From assembly GCF_009914755.1 (NCBI RefSeq), contig NC_060935.1: DNA of 64,000 bases; one strand, written 5' to 3'. A program made the position numbers and the translations under genes. The notes under the pieces were generated by a model that worked only from the letters and a program-made list of their open reading frames with translations, was not told the origin of the DNA and did no database searches. Shown piece by piece: positions 40,760 to 53,891 of the stretch. This DNA is from the human T2T-CHM13v2.0 reference genome, Homo sapiens. How positions within the stretch are numbered: the first letter of the stretch is position 1; each line of letters begins with the position of its first letter.

Positions 40760-43700
40760 TAGAGTTGTGCAAAATAGTGATCCTGCACCCATCCGCTCCA
40801 ACCTAGTTTTTCCTTGAGATTCCGATCTACCTCAGTTTTCAGCACTTGTGGCTCCTAATTCTTTAGGTTCACTGTCTTGACTACTTGTTTAATTTCTGAT
40901 CTTCCTAGCCTCGGACTATATACAGACTCTGTGGATCTCTTGTTTGTAGATCCCTACATGTCTCTTAACTCCCAGCTTCTAGGACCCCCTGGATCTTCCC
41001 TGCTCCTGCTGTGCCCATATTTGATGTCTCCTGCCTCCTTCAGTCTTGGCTTGCAACTGTTTTTTTGTGAGCATTCATTACTCATGGTCTTGGTGTGATC
41101 TGGATACATGAGGAAGGTGGTAAGGGGACCAGGAAAGAAGAAAAGGAAGAAGATAAGTGAAACACTTAAGCGTAAACTACTCTCTGAACAAGACCTGCAC
41201 CATTAGAAAGCACTCTTTCTGCAGCTGCCAATGAGACAGTTTGTTGCGTAATTTTTAATGCACTGTATACCCAGATCTTTGTTTCTAAGGACATCAAAAC
41301 CAAAGCAATTACAGCTATTCTGAAACAGCACATTCAAAGAATAAAAGGTATGTACAGGGAAGAGAGAGTGATTCCCATGGATTGTCATAATATTTGGATC
41401 TTTCAATAATTGAGACTCTACCCTGAGTGGACCTGAATTCTATTTCTAGTTTTGTTATTAACAAAAGTACACAGCCTTATCTAACTCAAATCTGTTTTCT
41501 CACACTGAAATTGAAAAAATTGTCCTTGATAATTTATTACAGATCTAGCAAAGAAAGCTATAGGTACCAGTAAAAGAATAAAGGGCTGGGAGTTTTCTGT
41601 CTAAGTGCTATGGTTCTGCCACTCAATTGTGGCCTCTATGTCAAGATACTTAAGTTCAATTTTCTGCAAAACTGAACCTAGTATCTCTTCCAGCTCTCAA
41701 ATGCCAAAGTCCTATGAATCTAAGTGAATACAGATAAAAGACTATTAGAAAAATTAAAATATTGAAGAAGTTTTGCTTTAACTAATTGTTCAGATTAATT
41801 TAGTTTTAATCTTTCATAATAGGTCTTTCTATTTAAGATTATATATTTTGGAAATAGAGATTTCTTGGTTAGGTGATGGGACTCTAGAACTCCCACATCT
41901 CAAGGTAGACATTGAGAACACTATAAGATAATTCCTCATTGTACTATATGGAGAATCTATTTTATAAGTTTGTTTAGAGAGTTTAATATATTCTGTTTTA
42001 AATATGATTTTTCAAAATTAGAATCTTTATTTTAACATGGCTATATAACTCAGCATCTTTTTTTCTTTCTTAGAATTCAAACAAAGCAAAAACATTCTGA
42101 AACTCAATTTTAAATGAAACTAGAATAAAGATACAATATGCATATTGAAAAAATATGTAAGAGCTTCCAACAACTGCTGAGATTGCAGTGAAGCTATGAA
42201 GAGAAGTGTAGAAGAATGCCCAACAGTGGCAGATCTCAAAAATAGTAGCAATATACTTCTTGAAGGGGTAAGACCCACTTCATTCTTTGCCAAAATGTGG
42301 TCAGCAAATTGGATGGGTAGCACTGGTGGTTGAAGCCAATATGATTAAAATCAACAAACAAACAAAAACCAAGAAAGTCTTGACTATATAAAAAATAAAA
42401 CAAACAACCATATATTTTGGAAGCAGCCTATATTTGTATCAGTTAGAAGACTACTCTATCCCCTCTCCCTCTATAAGAAATGCCTGCAAAGAGCAGGTCC
42501 AGGAGAATCCAAGAATAATATTAGGGTAATTGGAAAAGCATTGATAGAATGATGCTATAATAAAAAGAGGAAAACATCAAAAGTTATAAACAAGAAAACA
42601 TAAGTCTATTTATTAAAAACAAACTATATAAATGGAGATATGTACCAAGTTTGTGGATTGGAAGTTTCAAATTTGTTCATCTCCCCATATTGAGCTGTAG
42701 ATTGAACACAATCCCAATAAAAATCCTAGCAGGATCTTTTGTAGAAATCAGCAAGCTGATTCTAAAATTAATATGAAAATGCAAAGAACCAAGACTAGCC
42801 ATATCAATCTCAAAAATAAAGAAAAAGGTTATAAGATGATACTAGTTGGTTTAAGGCTTACTATGGAGCTAGAGCAATCAGGACAGGCATAATAATAGAT
42901 ATAGAAGCCAATGTGACACAACAGAGTCCAGGAAGAGATGCACACATATGCAACCAATGATTATTGCCTATGGTACTAAGGCCATTCAATGGGGAAAAAA
43001 ACCCTCCTTTTAACAAACAGTACTGTTACAATAGGGTAAACATATGCAAAATAAAATAAGAAAGAAACTGGAATACTACCTACACACAAAAACAAATTTG
43101 ATATGGATTGTATTTTTAAGCAATAATAATAACAGCAAAAAGCACAACTTAACCAATAGACAAAAAAAAAAAAAAAAAAAAAACTCCAGAAAACGCTGCA
43201 ATAGAACAGCTGAAGAGTGTAACCATGAATTAAAAGAGATAAAATAATTTTTAAAAATTGCCTCTGAAAGGTATACCCCAAAGCAGAATCACAAGAACCC
43301 AGAGAAGAGATGTAAAGAAACAGGACAGGGTGGAACATGAGCTTAGCTAACTTAACAATATAGCAAAGGGGAAATTTTCATTGCAGAAACAAAAATCAAA
43401 GTTTAAGAAGCCCAATGGTAAATAGACACTACAGAAAATATAGGGTAGATTATATAACCTAAAAATGAAACATGAACAAAAATAAAGTAATTAAATACCA
43501 CAAGTAAACTTAGAAGAATAGAATTTCAAAAGATAAAAGCTGACAGTGAGTTAGAAAACAGGAAAACAGAAAAACAAATTAATGCACAAAAAAGTTAGTG
43601 ATTTGAAAGAAATCAATATAACAGATTAACTACAAATGTGTTTCCAATTCTACTTAGCTGTTTTGAAGAATGGTAAAAAAAAAAACATCTTGCAAGTTAG

Positions 43701-45470
43701 AGTATGAAGTTAAACATTAACTTTCAAATTATTTTTTAAGCAAACTCCAGACAAATTCTGTATTATAAAACAATGAACCAGTGTCATTTTAAATATTTTT
43801 TCAAAAATCCCAAACAAAATATTTATAAACAAAAACTGATAGAAAACAAAATGCATAGTGACCAAGTGGAGTTTATTGAAGGAAGGTAACATTTGTTCAA
43901 TATTAGGAAATTTTTTGACATATTTTATCATATTAATAGATTTAAGGAGAACAAAATCATATAAGCATGTTCATAGATGCTAAAAAAATGTTTGACAAAA
44001 TACAGCAGAAAAACTGAGAATCATCCCCTCACCTTGCACCATGAACTAGCACCAAGTAACACAGAATAGCAGTTTATCACTAGAAATGAGGTAAAAGCAT
44101 GGAAAGAAGCCTACACTATGACACACACACAGGGATGGCTGAAACCTACGCATGGAATTGGACTGAGGAATGCCCACCTACATGCCCTGCAAGGGAACAG
44201 AGGTCCAGAGTTGGAGGAATTTGAAGCCTGTCACATACAGAGGATTATAACAGTAACTATAAAATTTAAACCCCCTTCAATTAATGACAAGATTGAAGTA
44301 AAATCCCTCCATAGACACACGCAAATGACCCAGCAGAAGGAGAGGTAAAATGATTTCTGGATATAAATGCAATTTACCCTTATATTTATTGTTCTAAACA
44401 TTTATGGTCAATTGATTTTCTACAAAGGTGCAAAGGCAATTCAGCGGAGAATGACAAACTTTTTAACAAATGTTTCTGGAATATTCAGACATCCTTATGC
44501 AAACAAGCAAGCAATCAGAGAAACAAACATGAAAGACATGTCACCAAAGAAGATATGCAGATGACAAATAAATGCATGAAAAGATGTTCAGCATTATCAG
44601 GACAACACAAATTAAAACCTCGATGAGATACCACTACACACATAAAGCAGACACACAAAAAAGACTAACCATACAAAGTATTGGTGAGGATGTGCAGAAC
44701 TGCTAATCTCACACACTGGTCATGGGAATATAAAATGGTATAACCACTTTTTAAAACAGCTTTACGAATCAATCAACAAAAATGGTGGAATAAGTACCTC
44801 AAAAATTTTTCTTTTTCATAAAAGCAATAAAAAATTGGCAGAAACTTCCAGACTCGATTTTTTCAGAACTCTAATAATTATTGAGTTTTGTAGCAACCCA
44901 GGGAGAATTTATTGGAAAAAAAGTAGCTGAATCGTGGTAATAACAGTGAAACTTGTGGTATTTAATTTGCCTAATTTCTCCTCTCCTTTCTCCAACTCTG
45001 TGATAGCCTTGAAAAATAACAGCCTGCATTCTCAATGCAGCCTTCCAGACAGTGGAAGGAGCAGAATGAAGCCAAAAGTCTTTCAAAACATCATGCACAA
45101 AGAATTGTCATTATTTAACCTGTCCGATGGTTTCCTAGAAGACCCTATTTACAAGGCTGACAGTATTTTATTTAACTTAGAGCTTCCCCAATATGAAAAG
45201 CTTTTCTTCCCAGGGAGCACTTGTTTAAAACAGTTCCTGGCTAGTGTTTTAAACTTGTGGCTGCCTAATATGAGGGATATTGATTAGGGATGAACAATAG
45301 AGTAAACAAAAGGCTTTAAAGGAAAAGCTGGAGTATGAAGAGCTAGCTACTTAAGCAGAAAGTAAAGGCTAAGAACAAGTTGTCAATTGTCTGGCTGAAC
45401 GTTGAATGTCTGCCCCAGCATGTGCACACACACAACCTCTTGGCAAAGACTAGATGGCTTGGTTCTTGGC

Positions 45471-45894
45471 TATGGTAGGCTGAATAATGGCCACCAACAA
45501 TTCCCAAGTCCTAATCTTTGGAACCTGTGAATGTTGACTTATATGGCAAAAGAAACTTATCGATGTCCTGAAGCTAAGGATATTGAGATGTGACACAAAA
45601 GAAGAAGGTAACATGAGGACTGAAGCAAGATGCTACACTGCTGGCTTTGAAGATGGAAGAAGGTCCCATCAACTACGGAATGCAAAGAATAAAACTCTTG
45701 GAGCTGGAAATGGCAAGGAATCAGATTCTCCCCTTGTTCCTCTAGAGCACGTGCAGTCCTGCCAACACCTTAATGTCATCTCAGTGAACCTGGTTTGAGA
45801 TTTCTGACATCCAGAACTATGAAAAAATAGATGTGTATTGTTTAAGACACTAAGCTTGTGGTAAATATTTACAGAGCCATAGAAAACTGCTACA
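45471..45894 (+). mobile_element. MLT1D MaLR LTR (internally deleted)
   Basis: tggtaggctgaataatggcc...ggaacctgtgaatg...gctggctttgaagatggaagaagg...gccatagaaaact. Confidence 0.8.
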
Positions 45895-46681
45895 CAAGCA
45901 TTTAAGAAAATCTTTATTCAGTTGTTAGCTAACCACTAAGCTAGAGACTTCAGTGGGCACACATAATAAACAATACATACTTTACAGAATCAGTAAAAAA
46001 CAACAAAAACAAAAATCCACAACTAAAACAAGCAGAAACGAGAAACACTGAGGATCAGAGAGAATCTGATTTCCAGCACTGCCATATTTTATTATTTAAA
46101 ATGTCCATTTTTTCCATGCAAAATTATGCGACATGGAAAAACAAGTAAGTATGGCCGACACTCAGGGATAAATGCAGTCAACAGAAACTGTCCCTGGAGA
46201 AGCCCAGATCTTGGACTTTACAGACATAGAATTTAGGTCAGTATTTTAAAAATGTTCAAAGAACAACAACAAAAAATTTAAATAGCTAAAGGAAAATATA
46301 AAAATTATGTCTCATGAAATAGAGAATATCAAGAAATATAGAAATGATTTTAAAAATAAAAATTCTGATGTTGAAAAATATAGTAGCTGAAATTAAAAGT
46401 TTACTAGAGGTAGTCAAAAGAAAGTTTGAGCAAGAAGAATTCTTGAACTTGAAGATAAGTCTGTTAAGATTATCTAGGTTGTGATTTACATGAAAAATAA
46501 TTCAAGAGGTTAGTTATTAAGCTAAACAGGGAGGCACCAGAGAAAGGCGAAGCCCAATGCAAGGAAATCCAAAAAACGATACAAGAAGTGAAGGGAAAAA
46601 TACTCAAGGAAACAGATAGCTTAAAGAAAAAAAATTAAAAATTTAAGAAATTTTGGACACACTTGTAGAAATGCAAAATGC

Positions 46682-46714
46682 ATTGTCAAAGTAACCGCTG
46701 AGCTAAAGCCAGCT
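46682..46714 (-). pseudogene. vault RNA (vtRNA1-type) 5' fragment, nt 1-33, retrocopy
   Basis: Minus strand AGCTGGCTTTAGCTCAGCGGTTACTTTGACAAT versus recalled VTRNA1-1 5' end GGCTGGCTTTAGCTCAGCGGTTACTTCGACAGT: 30/33. Two of the three differences are CpG-type transitions. Confidence 0.88.
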
Positions 46715-47128
<414 letters not shown>

Positions 47129-48619
47129 CTAAGACAAAGGAAAAAAATAAGAAAATATGAACATTGCCTCCAAGAAGTCTGGGATTATGTTAAATGACCA
47201 AACCTAAGAATATTCAGTGTTCCTGAGGAACAAGAGGATTATAAAAGCTTGGAAAACATATTTGGGGGAATAATTGAGGAAAACTTACCCAGCTTTGCTA
47301 GAGACCTAGACATCTAAATACAAGAATCACAAAGAACACCTGGGAAATTCATCACAAAAAGATCATTGCCTAGATACATTGTCATCAGATTATCCAAAGT
47401 TAAGACGTAGGAAAGAATCTTAAGAGCTGTGACAAAAGCACCATGTAACCTATAAAGGAAAACCTATCAGATTAACAGCAGATTTCTCAGCAGAAACCCT
47501 ATATGCTAGAAGGGATTGGGGCCCTACCTTCAGCCTCCTCAAACAGAACAATTATCAGCCAAGAATTGTGTATCCAGTGAAACTAAACATCATATATGAA
47601 GGAAAGATATAGTCTTTTTCAGACAAACAAATGCCGAGAGAATTCTCCATTACCAAGCCACCACTATAAGAACTGCTAAAAAGAGCTCTAAATCTTGAAA
47701 TGAATCCCAGAAACACATCAAAACAGAACCTCTTTTAAGCATTAATCACATAGGACCTATAAAACAAAAAGACATGTTAAAAAGCAAAAGCAAAAAACAA
47801 AAACAAAGGACGCAGGCAACAAAGAGCACAATGAATGCAATGGTATCTCACATTTCAATACTAACATTAAATGTAAATGGCTTAAATGCCCCACTTAAAA
47901 GACACAAAACCACAAAATGGATAAGAACTAATCAACCAACTATCTGCTGCCTTCAGAAAACTCACCTAGCATGTAAGGACTCACATAAACTTAAAAGAGT
48001 GGAAAAAGGCATTTCATGCAAATGGACACCAAAAGCAAGCAGGGGTAGCTATTCTCATATCAGACAAAACAAACTTTAAAGCAACAGCAGTTAAAATAGA
48101 CAAAGAGGAACATTATATAGTGGTAAAAGGCCTTGTCTGACAGGAAAATATCACAACCCTACACATATATGCACCTAACACTGGAGCTCCCAGATTTATA
48201 AAACAATTACTAATAGACCTAAGAAATGAGATAGACAGTAATACAAAAATAGTGGGGAACTTCAATACTCCACTGACAGCACCAGACAGGTCATCACGAC
48301 AGGAAGTCAACAAAGAAACAATGGATTTAAACTACACCTTGGAACAAATGCCCTTAACAGATGAGAACATTTCATCCAACAACCGCAGAATATACATTCT
48401 ATTTAACAGTGCATGGAACTTGCTCCAAGATAGACCATATGATGGGCCATAAAATGAGCCTCAATAAATTTAAGAAAACTTAAATTATATCAAACACTCC
48501 ATCAGACCACAGTGGAATAAAACTGGAAATCAACTCTAAAAGGAACATTCAAAACCATGCAAATACATGGAAATTAAATAACCTGTTCCTGAATGAGCAT
48601 TGGGTCAAAAATGAAATCA

Positions 48620-48958
<339 letters not shown>

Positions 48959-51900
48959 TTATTCAAACTGAACAACAATAATGACAGAACCTATCAAAAC
49001 CTCTGGGATACAGCAAAGGCAGTGCTGAGGGGAAAGTTCATAGTCCTAAATGCATGCCTACCTCAAAAAGTCTGAAAGAGTACAAACTGACCTTCTAAGG
49101 TCACACCTCAAGGAACTGGAGAAACAAGAACAAACCAAATCAAAACCCAGCAGAAGAAAGGAAATAACCAAGATCAGAGCAGAACTAAATGAAATTGAAA
49201 TTAAAAAAAAATACAAAAGATCAATGGAACAAAAAGCTGGTTCTTGGAAAAGATAAATAAATTTGATAGACCATTAGCAAGATTAACCAAGAAAAGAAGA
49301 GAAAAATCCAAAAAACCTCACTAAGAAATAAAACAGGAGGTATTACAACTGACACCACTGAAATACACAAGATCATTCAAATCAAGAACTCAACTCCTTT
49401 TACGATAGCTGCCAAAACAACAACAACAATGAAAACCAAAAAAAACTTAGGAATATACTTAACCAGGGAGTCAAAAGACCTCTACAAGGAAAACTACAAA
49501 ACACTGTTGACAGAAATAATAGACGACACAAATAAATGGAAACACATCCCATGCTCATGAATGGGTAGAATCAATATTGTGAAAATGACCATCCTGCCAA
49601 AAGCAATCTACAAATTCAATGCAATCCCCATCAAGATAGCATCATCATTCTTCACAGAATTAGAAAAAACAATTCTAAAATTCATGTGGAACCAAAAAAA
49701 GAGTCCACATAGCCAAAGCAAAACTAAGCAAAAAGAACAAATCTGGAGACATCATACTACCCAATTTCAAACTATCCTGTAAGGTTATAGTCACCAAAAC
49801 AGCATGGTACTGGTATAAAAATAGGCACATAGACCCATGGAACAGAATAGAGAAGCCAGAAATAAGCCCAAATACTTACATCCAACTGATTTTTGACAAA
49901 GCAAAGAAAAACATAAAATGGGGAAAGGACACCCTTTTCAATAAATGGTACTGAGATAATTGGCAAGCCACATGTAGAAGAATGAAACTGGATCCTCATC
50001 TCTCACTTTATACAAAAGTCAGCTCAAGATGGATTAAGGACTTAAACCTAAGACCTGAAACTATAAAAATTCTAGAAGATAACATTTGAAAAACCCTTCT
50101 AGACATTGACTTAGGCAAGGATTTCATGACCAAGAACCCAAAAGCAAATGCAATAAAAACAAAGATAAATAGCTGGGACCTTACTAAACTAAAGCACTTT
50201 TGCACAGCAGAAGGAACACTCAGCAGAGTAAACAGACAACCCACAGTGTAGGAGAAAATCTTCACAATCTATATATCTGACAAAGGAATAATATTTAGAA
50301 TCTACAATGAATTCAAACAAATCAGCAAGAAAAAAACAATCCCTTCAAAAAGTGGGCTAAGGATATGAACAGAGAATTCTCAAAAGAAGATATACAAATG
50401 GCCAACATATGAAAAAATGCTCAACATCACTAATGATCAGGGAAATGCAAATCTAAACCACAATGTGGTTTTACTCCTGCAAGAATGGCCATAATCAAAA
50501 AATCAAAAAACAGCAGATGTTAGCATGAATGCAGTGATCAGGGAACATTTCTCCACTGCTGATGGGAATGTAAACTAGTACAGCCACTGTGGGAAAATGT
50601 ATGGAGATTCCTTAAAGAGCTAAAAGTAGAACTACCATGTGATCCAGCAATTCCACTACTGGGTATCTACCCAGAGGAAAAGAAGTCATTATTCAAAAAA
50701 GATACTTGCAAATGCATGTTTATAGCAGCAAGATTCTCAATTGCAAAGTCGTGGAACCAACCCAAATGCCCATCAATCAACGAATGGATAAAGAAACTGT
50801 GATATATATGATGGAATACTATTCAGCCATAAAAAGGAATGAATTAATAGCATTTCCAGTGACCTGGATGAGATTGGAGACTATTATTCTAAGTGAAGTA
50901 ACTCAACAGTGGAAAACCAAACATCGTATGTTCTAACTGATATGTGGGAGCTAAGCTAAGAGGATGCAAAGGCATTAAAATGATACAATGGACTTTGGGG
51001 ACTTGGGGGGAAGACTGGGAGGGGGGCGAGGGATATAAGACTACAAATACAGTGCAGTGTATACTGCTTGGTTGATGAGTGCACCAAAATCTCACAAATC
51101 ACCACTAAAGAACTTACTCATGTAACCAAATACCACCTGTACCCAATAACTTCTGGAAAAAAATAAAAAATAATAATAAAATCATACAGAGCAAACAAAA
51201 AAAATTATGTAGGTTGAATAAATAAAATAAAAAAGGATACAAATAAATACACAGAGCCTTAAGAGACCGGTGGGATATCAACAAGCACACCAAGATACAT
51301 GTAATGGTACTCTCAGAAGGACAGAAGAAAGAAGAAGGCAGAAAAGACATTGCAAAAAAGGAATATCCAGAAAGAATAAATAGTGGCTAAAATTTCCAAA
51401 TCTAATGAGAAACATTAATCTATACATTCAAGAAGTTCAATAAACTCCAAGTAGGATAAACTAAAAATAACTCACATCTAGATACATCATTATCATACTG
51501 CTGAACGTCAAAAACCATCTTGGAAGCAGCATGAGAAAAGTGACTTACTACTTACAAGCTACCCTCAATAAGCTGATTTCTTATTAGAAATCATGGACGC
51601 TAGAAAGTAATGGAATAACATATTCAAAGGATTGAAAGGTAAAAACAAGCAAATAAAAACCCCCAAGCCCTCTCAATCATAAATTCTACATCCAGAAAAA
51701 AATATTTTTCAAACATAAAGGAGAAATTAGAGATTTTCAGGTAATAAACCAGAATGTATCACTAGCAGACATGCCATGTGGGAAATATTAATGGGAATAT
51801 TTCAGGCTGAAATGAAAGAACACTAGAAAGAAATTAAAATCAATATGAAGAATTAAAGAGTACTAATAAAGGTTAACACATAGGTAAATATAAAAAAGCA

Positions 51901-52041
51901 GTATAAATGTATTTTGTTGTAACTCCTTTTTTTTCTTATCTGACTTAAAAGACAGTTACATAGAGCAAAAGTTGTAAATCTGTATTTGTGGGCATACAAT
52001 GCATAAACATGTAAATTGTGACAATACAAGTTTTTGTATAC

Positions 52042-52431
52042 TGTATTAGTCTGCTTGGGCAACCATAACAGAATACCACAGACTGGTGACTTAAACAACA
52101 AAAATTTTTTTTCTCACAGTTCTGGAGGCTGGAACTCCAAGATCAAGATGTTGTCAGGGTTGGTTTCTGGTGAGCTCTCTTTTTCTGGTTTGTGGACGCT
52201 ATCTTCTCACTGTGTCCTCGCATCGTCTTTCCTTTGTGCAAACACAATGAGAGAGATCTTTCTGTGGTCTTGTCCTCTTCTTTAAGGGCACAAGTTATAT
52301 CAAATTAAAGCCCAACTCTTATGACCTCATTTAACTTTACTCCTTAAAGATCCTGTCTCCAATTACAGTCACATTAGGGGTTAGGGCTTCAATATTTGAA
52401 TTTTGGAGGGAACATAATTCAGTGCATAATA
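52042..52431 (-). mobile_element. MLT1A-like MaLR LTR
   Basis: tgtattagtctgcttgggcaaccataacagaataccacagactgg...cataattcagtgcataata. TSD tatac (52037-52041, 52432-52436). Confidence 0.88.
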
Positions 52432-53169
52432 TATACTACTGAAAATAAGTTGCTATAAGCATACACTAGATTGTTATAAACTAAGGTGTTAATCGAAATC
52501 CCAGGTCAGTCATTAAGAAAATAACTCAAAATGTATGGTAAAAGAAACAACGAGATAATTAAAATTACTAGAAAATAAATTTTTAACACAAAAGAAGTCA
52601 GTATGAAGGAATAAAAAAACAAAAAAAAATCAAACATATAGTAGACAAATAACAAAATGACAGATATAAATCCTAATTACCAGTAATTCTACTAAACATA
52701 ACTGGATTAAATGCTCCAATTAAAAAGCAGAAATTGGCAGAATGGATTTTTAAAATAACCAAACTATATGCTGGCCACAAAAGAAACACTTTAGATGCAG
52801 AGACACAAAGGGGTTTAATGTAAAAGTGCAGAAAATTATTATTATTTTTTATTTTTTTTTCCTTGGAGCTTGACCTAAGCATGAGGTTTGATCTAAGGAA
52901 GAAGGCTTCCTGCCTAGTTTATTTACCTTTCTGGAAGAACCATTGATGTGACCTTTCTCTGTCTTCTGTAGAAGTCTAGACAGAGTAGGAGAGTGGACAC
53001 AGTATCCTCCTAACATCCAGCCAGTGTAGGGCTTCTGGAAGGGTTTTGGGTGGGGGAGTTGGGGAAAGCCTGAGCCCCTGCCTTTCTCAGGCAAGCCTGT
53101 AAAGTCTGTGAATCACTTCACTTTCCCATTGAGTGTACCCACCTAACTACAATATGTTCCCCTGATAAG

Positions 53170-53420
53170 TAAGAATAATAAACAATCAGTATAGTTTGTA
53201 AAGTACTTCCCTAAATGAAATAATGCTGAAGGTTTCATATATGGTATCTCATTTAATCCACATAATGATCCTATGAAGTAGATACTGTTATTATTATATG
53301 TATTTCTTTATGTGAACAAAGCAAGGCTCAGAGGAGAGGTCACTTGTCCAAAAGTTACAGTTAGGGTTCAACCGAGGCAGACTAACTCCACAGTCAGTCT
53401 CCAGTGTTAGGGTTGGCTGT
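53170..53420 (-). mobile_element. MIR
   Basis: tctcatttaatccacataatgatcctatgaagtag...gctcagaggagaggtcacttgtccaaaagttacag. Confidence 0.7.
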
Positions 53421-53851
53421 AGCATGGAGTGGCTAGCTCTGTGTACACAAGGGGATCTTGGGACAGGTGAGGACTCTGAATTAAACAACTTTGAAGCCCA
53501 CAAAAGAGCTATTAGACCTGATAAATTCAGTGAGGTTACAGGATGCAAGATCAATACACAAAAATTCGTTTTTCTATACATTTTTAAGGAACAATCTAAA
53601 AATGAAATTAAGAAAATAATTCTATTTATGACAGTATAAAAAGAATAAAATGAGAATAAATGTAACAAAATAAGTTTAAGGATTCCACACTGAAATCTAT
53701 GAAACCTTGTTGAAAAAGTAAAAGAGCAGCTAAAGAAACGAAGCCATGCCATGTTCATGCATTGGAAGACTTACTATTGTAAACGTGGCAATACTCCCTA
53801 AATTAATCCTCAGCAATGTAAAGGAATGAAAATCGATGCAAGGGCAATGCA

Positions 53852-53891
53852 GTCTGTGGTCATATCACCGTGAATGTGCTCAATCTCATCT
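53852..53891 (+). pseudogene. 5S rRNA 5' fragment (nt 1-40) retrocopy
   Basis: gtctgtggtcatatcaccgtgaatgtgctcaatctcatct versus 5S GTCTACGGCCATACCACCCTGAACGCGCCCGATCTCGTCT: 30/40. Five of the ten differences are CpG transitions. Confidence 0.8.

Noticed and set aside
46691-46714. Resemblance of the 33-nt insert to a tRNA D-arm or the mitochondrial tRNA-Val/16S junction
   Set aside because: Those matches are short or gapped. The vault RNA 5' end matches ungapped over 33 nt from its first base.
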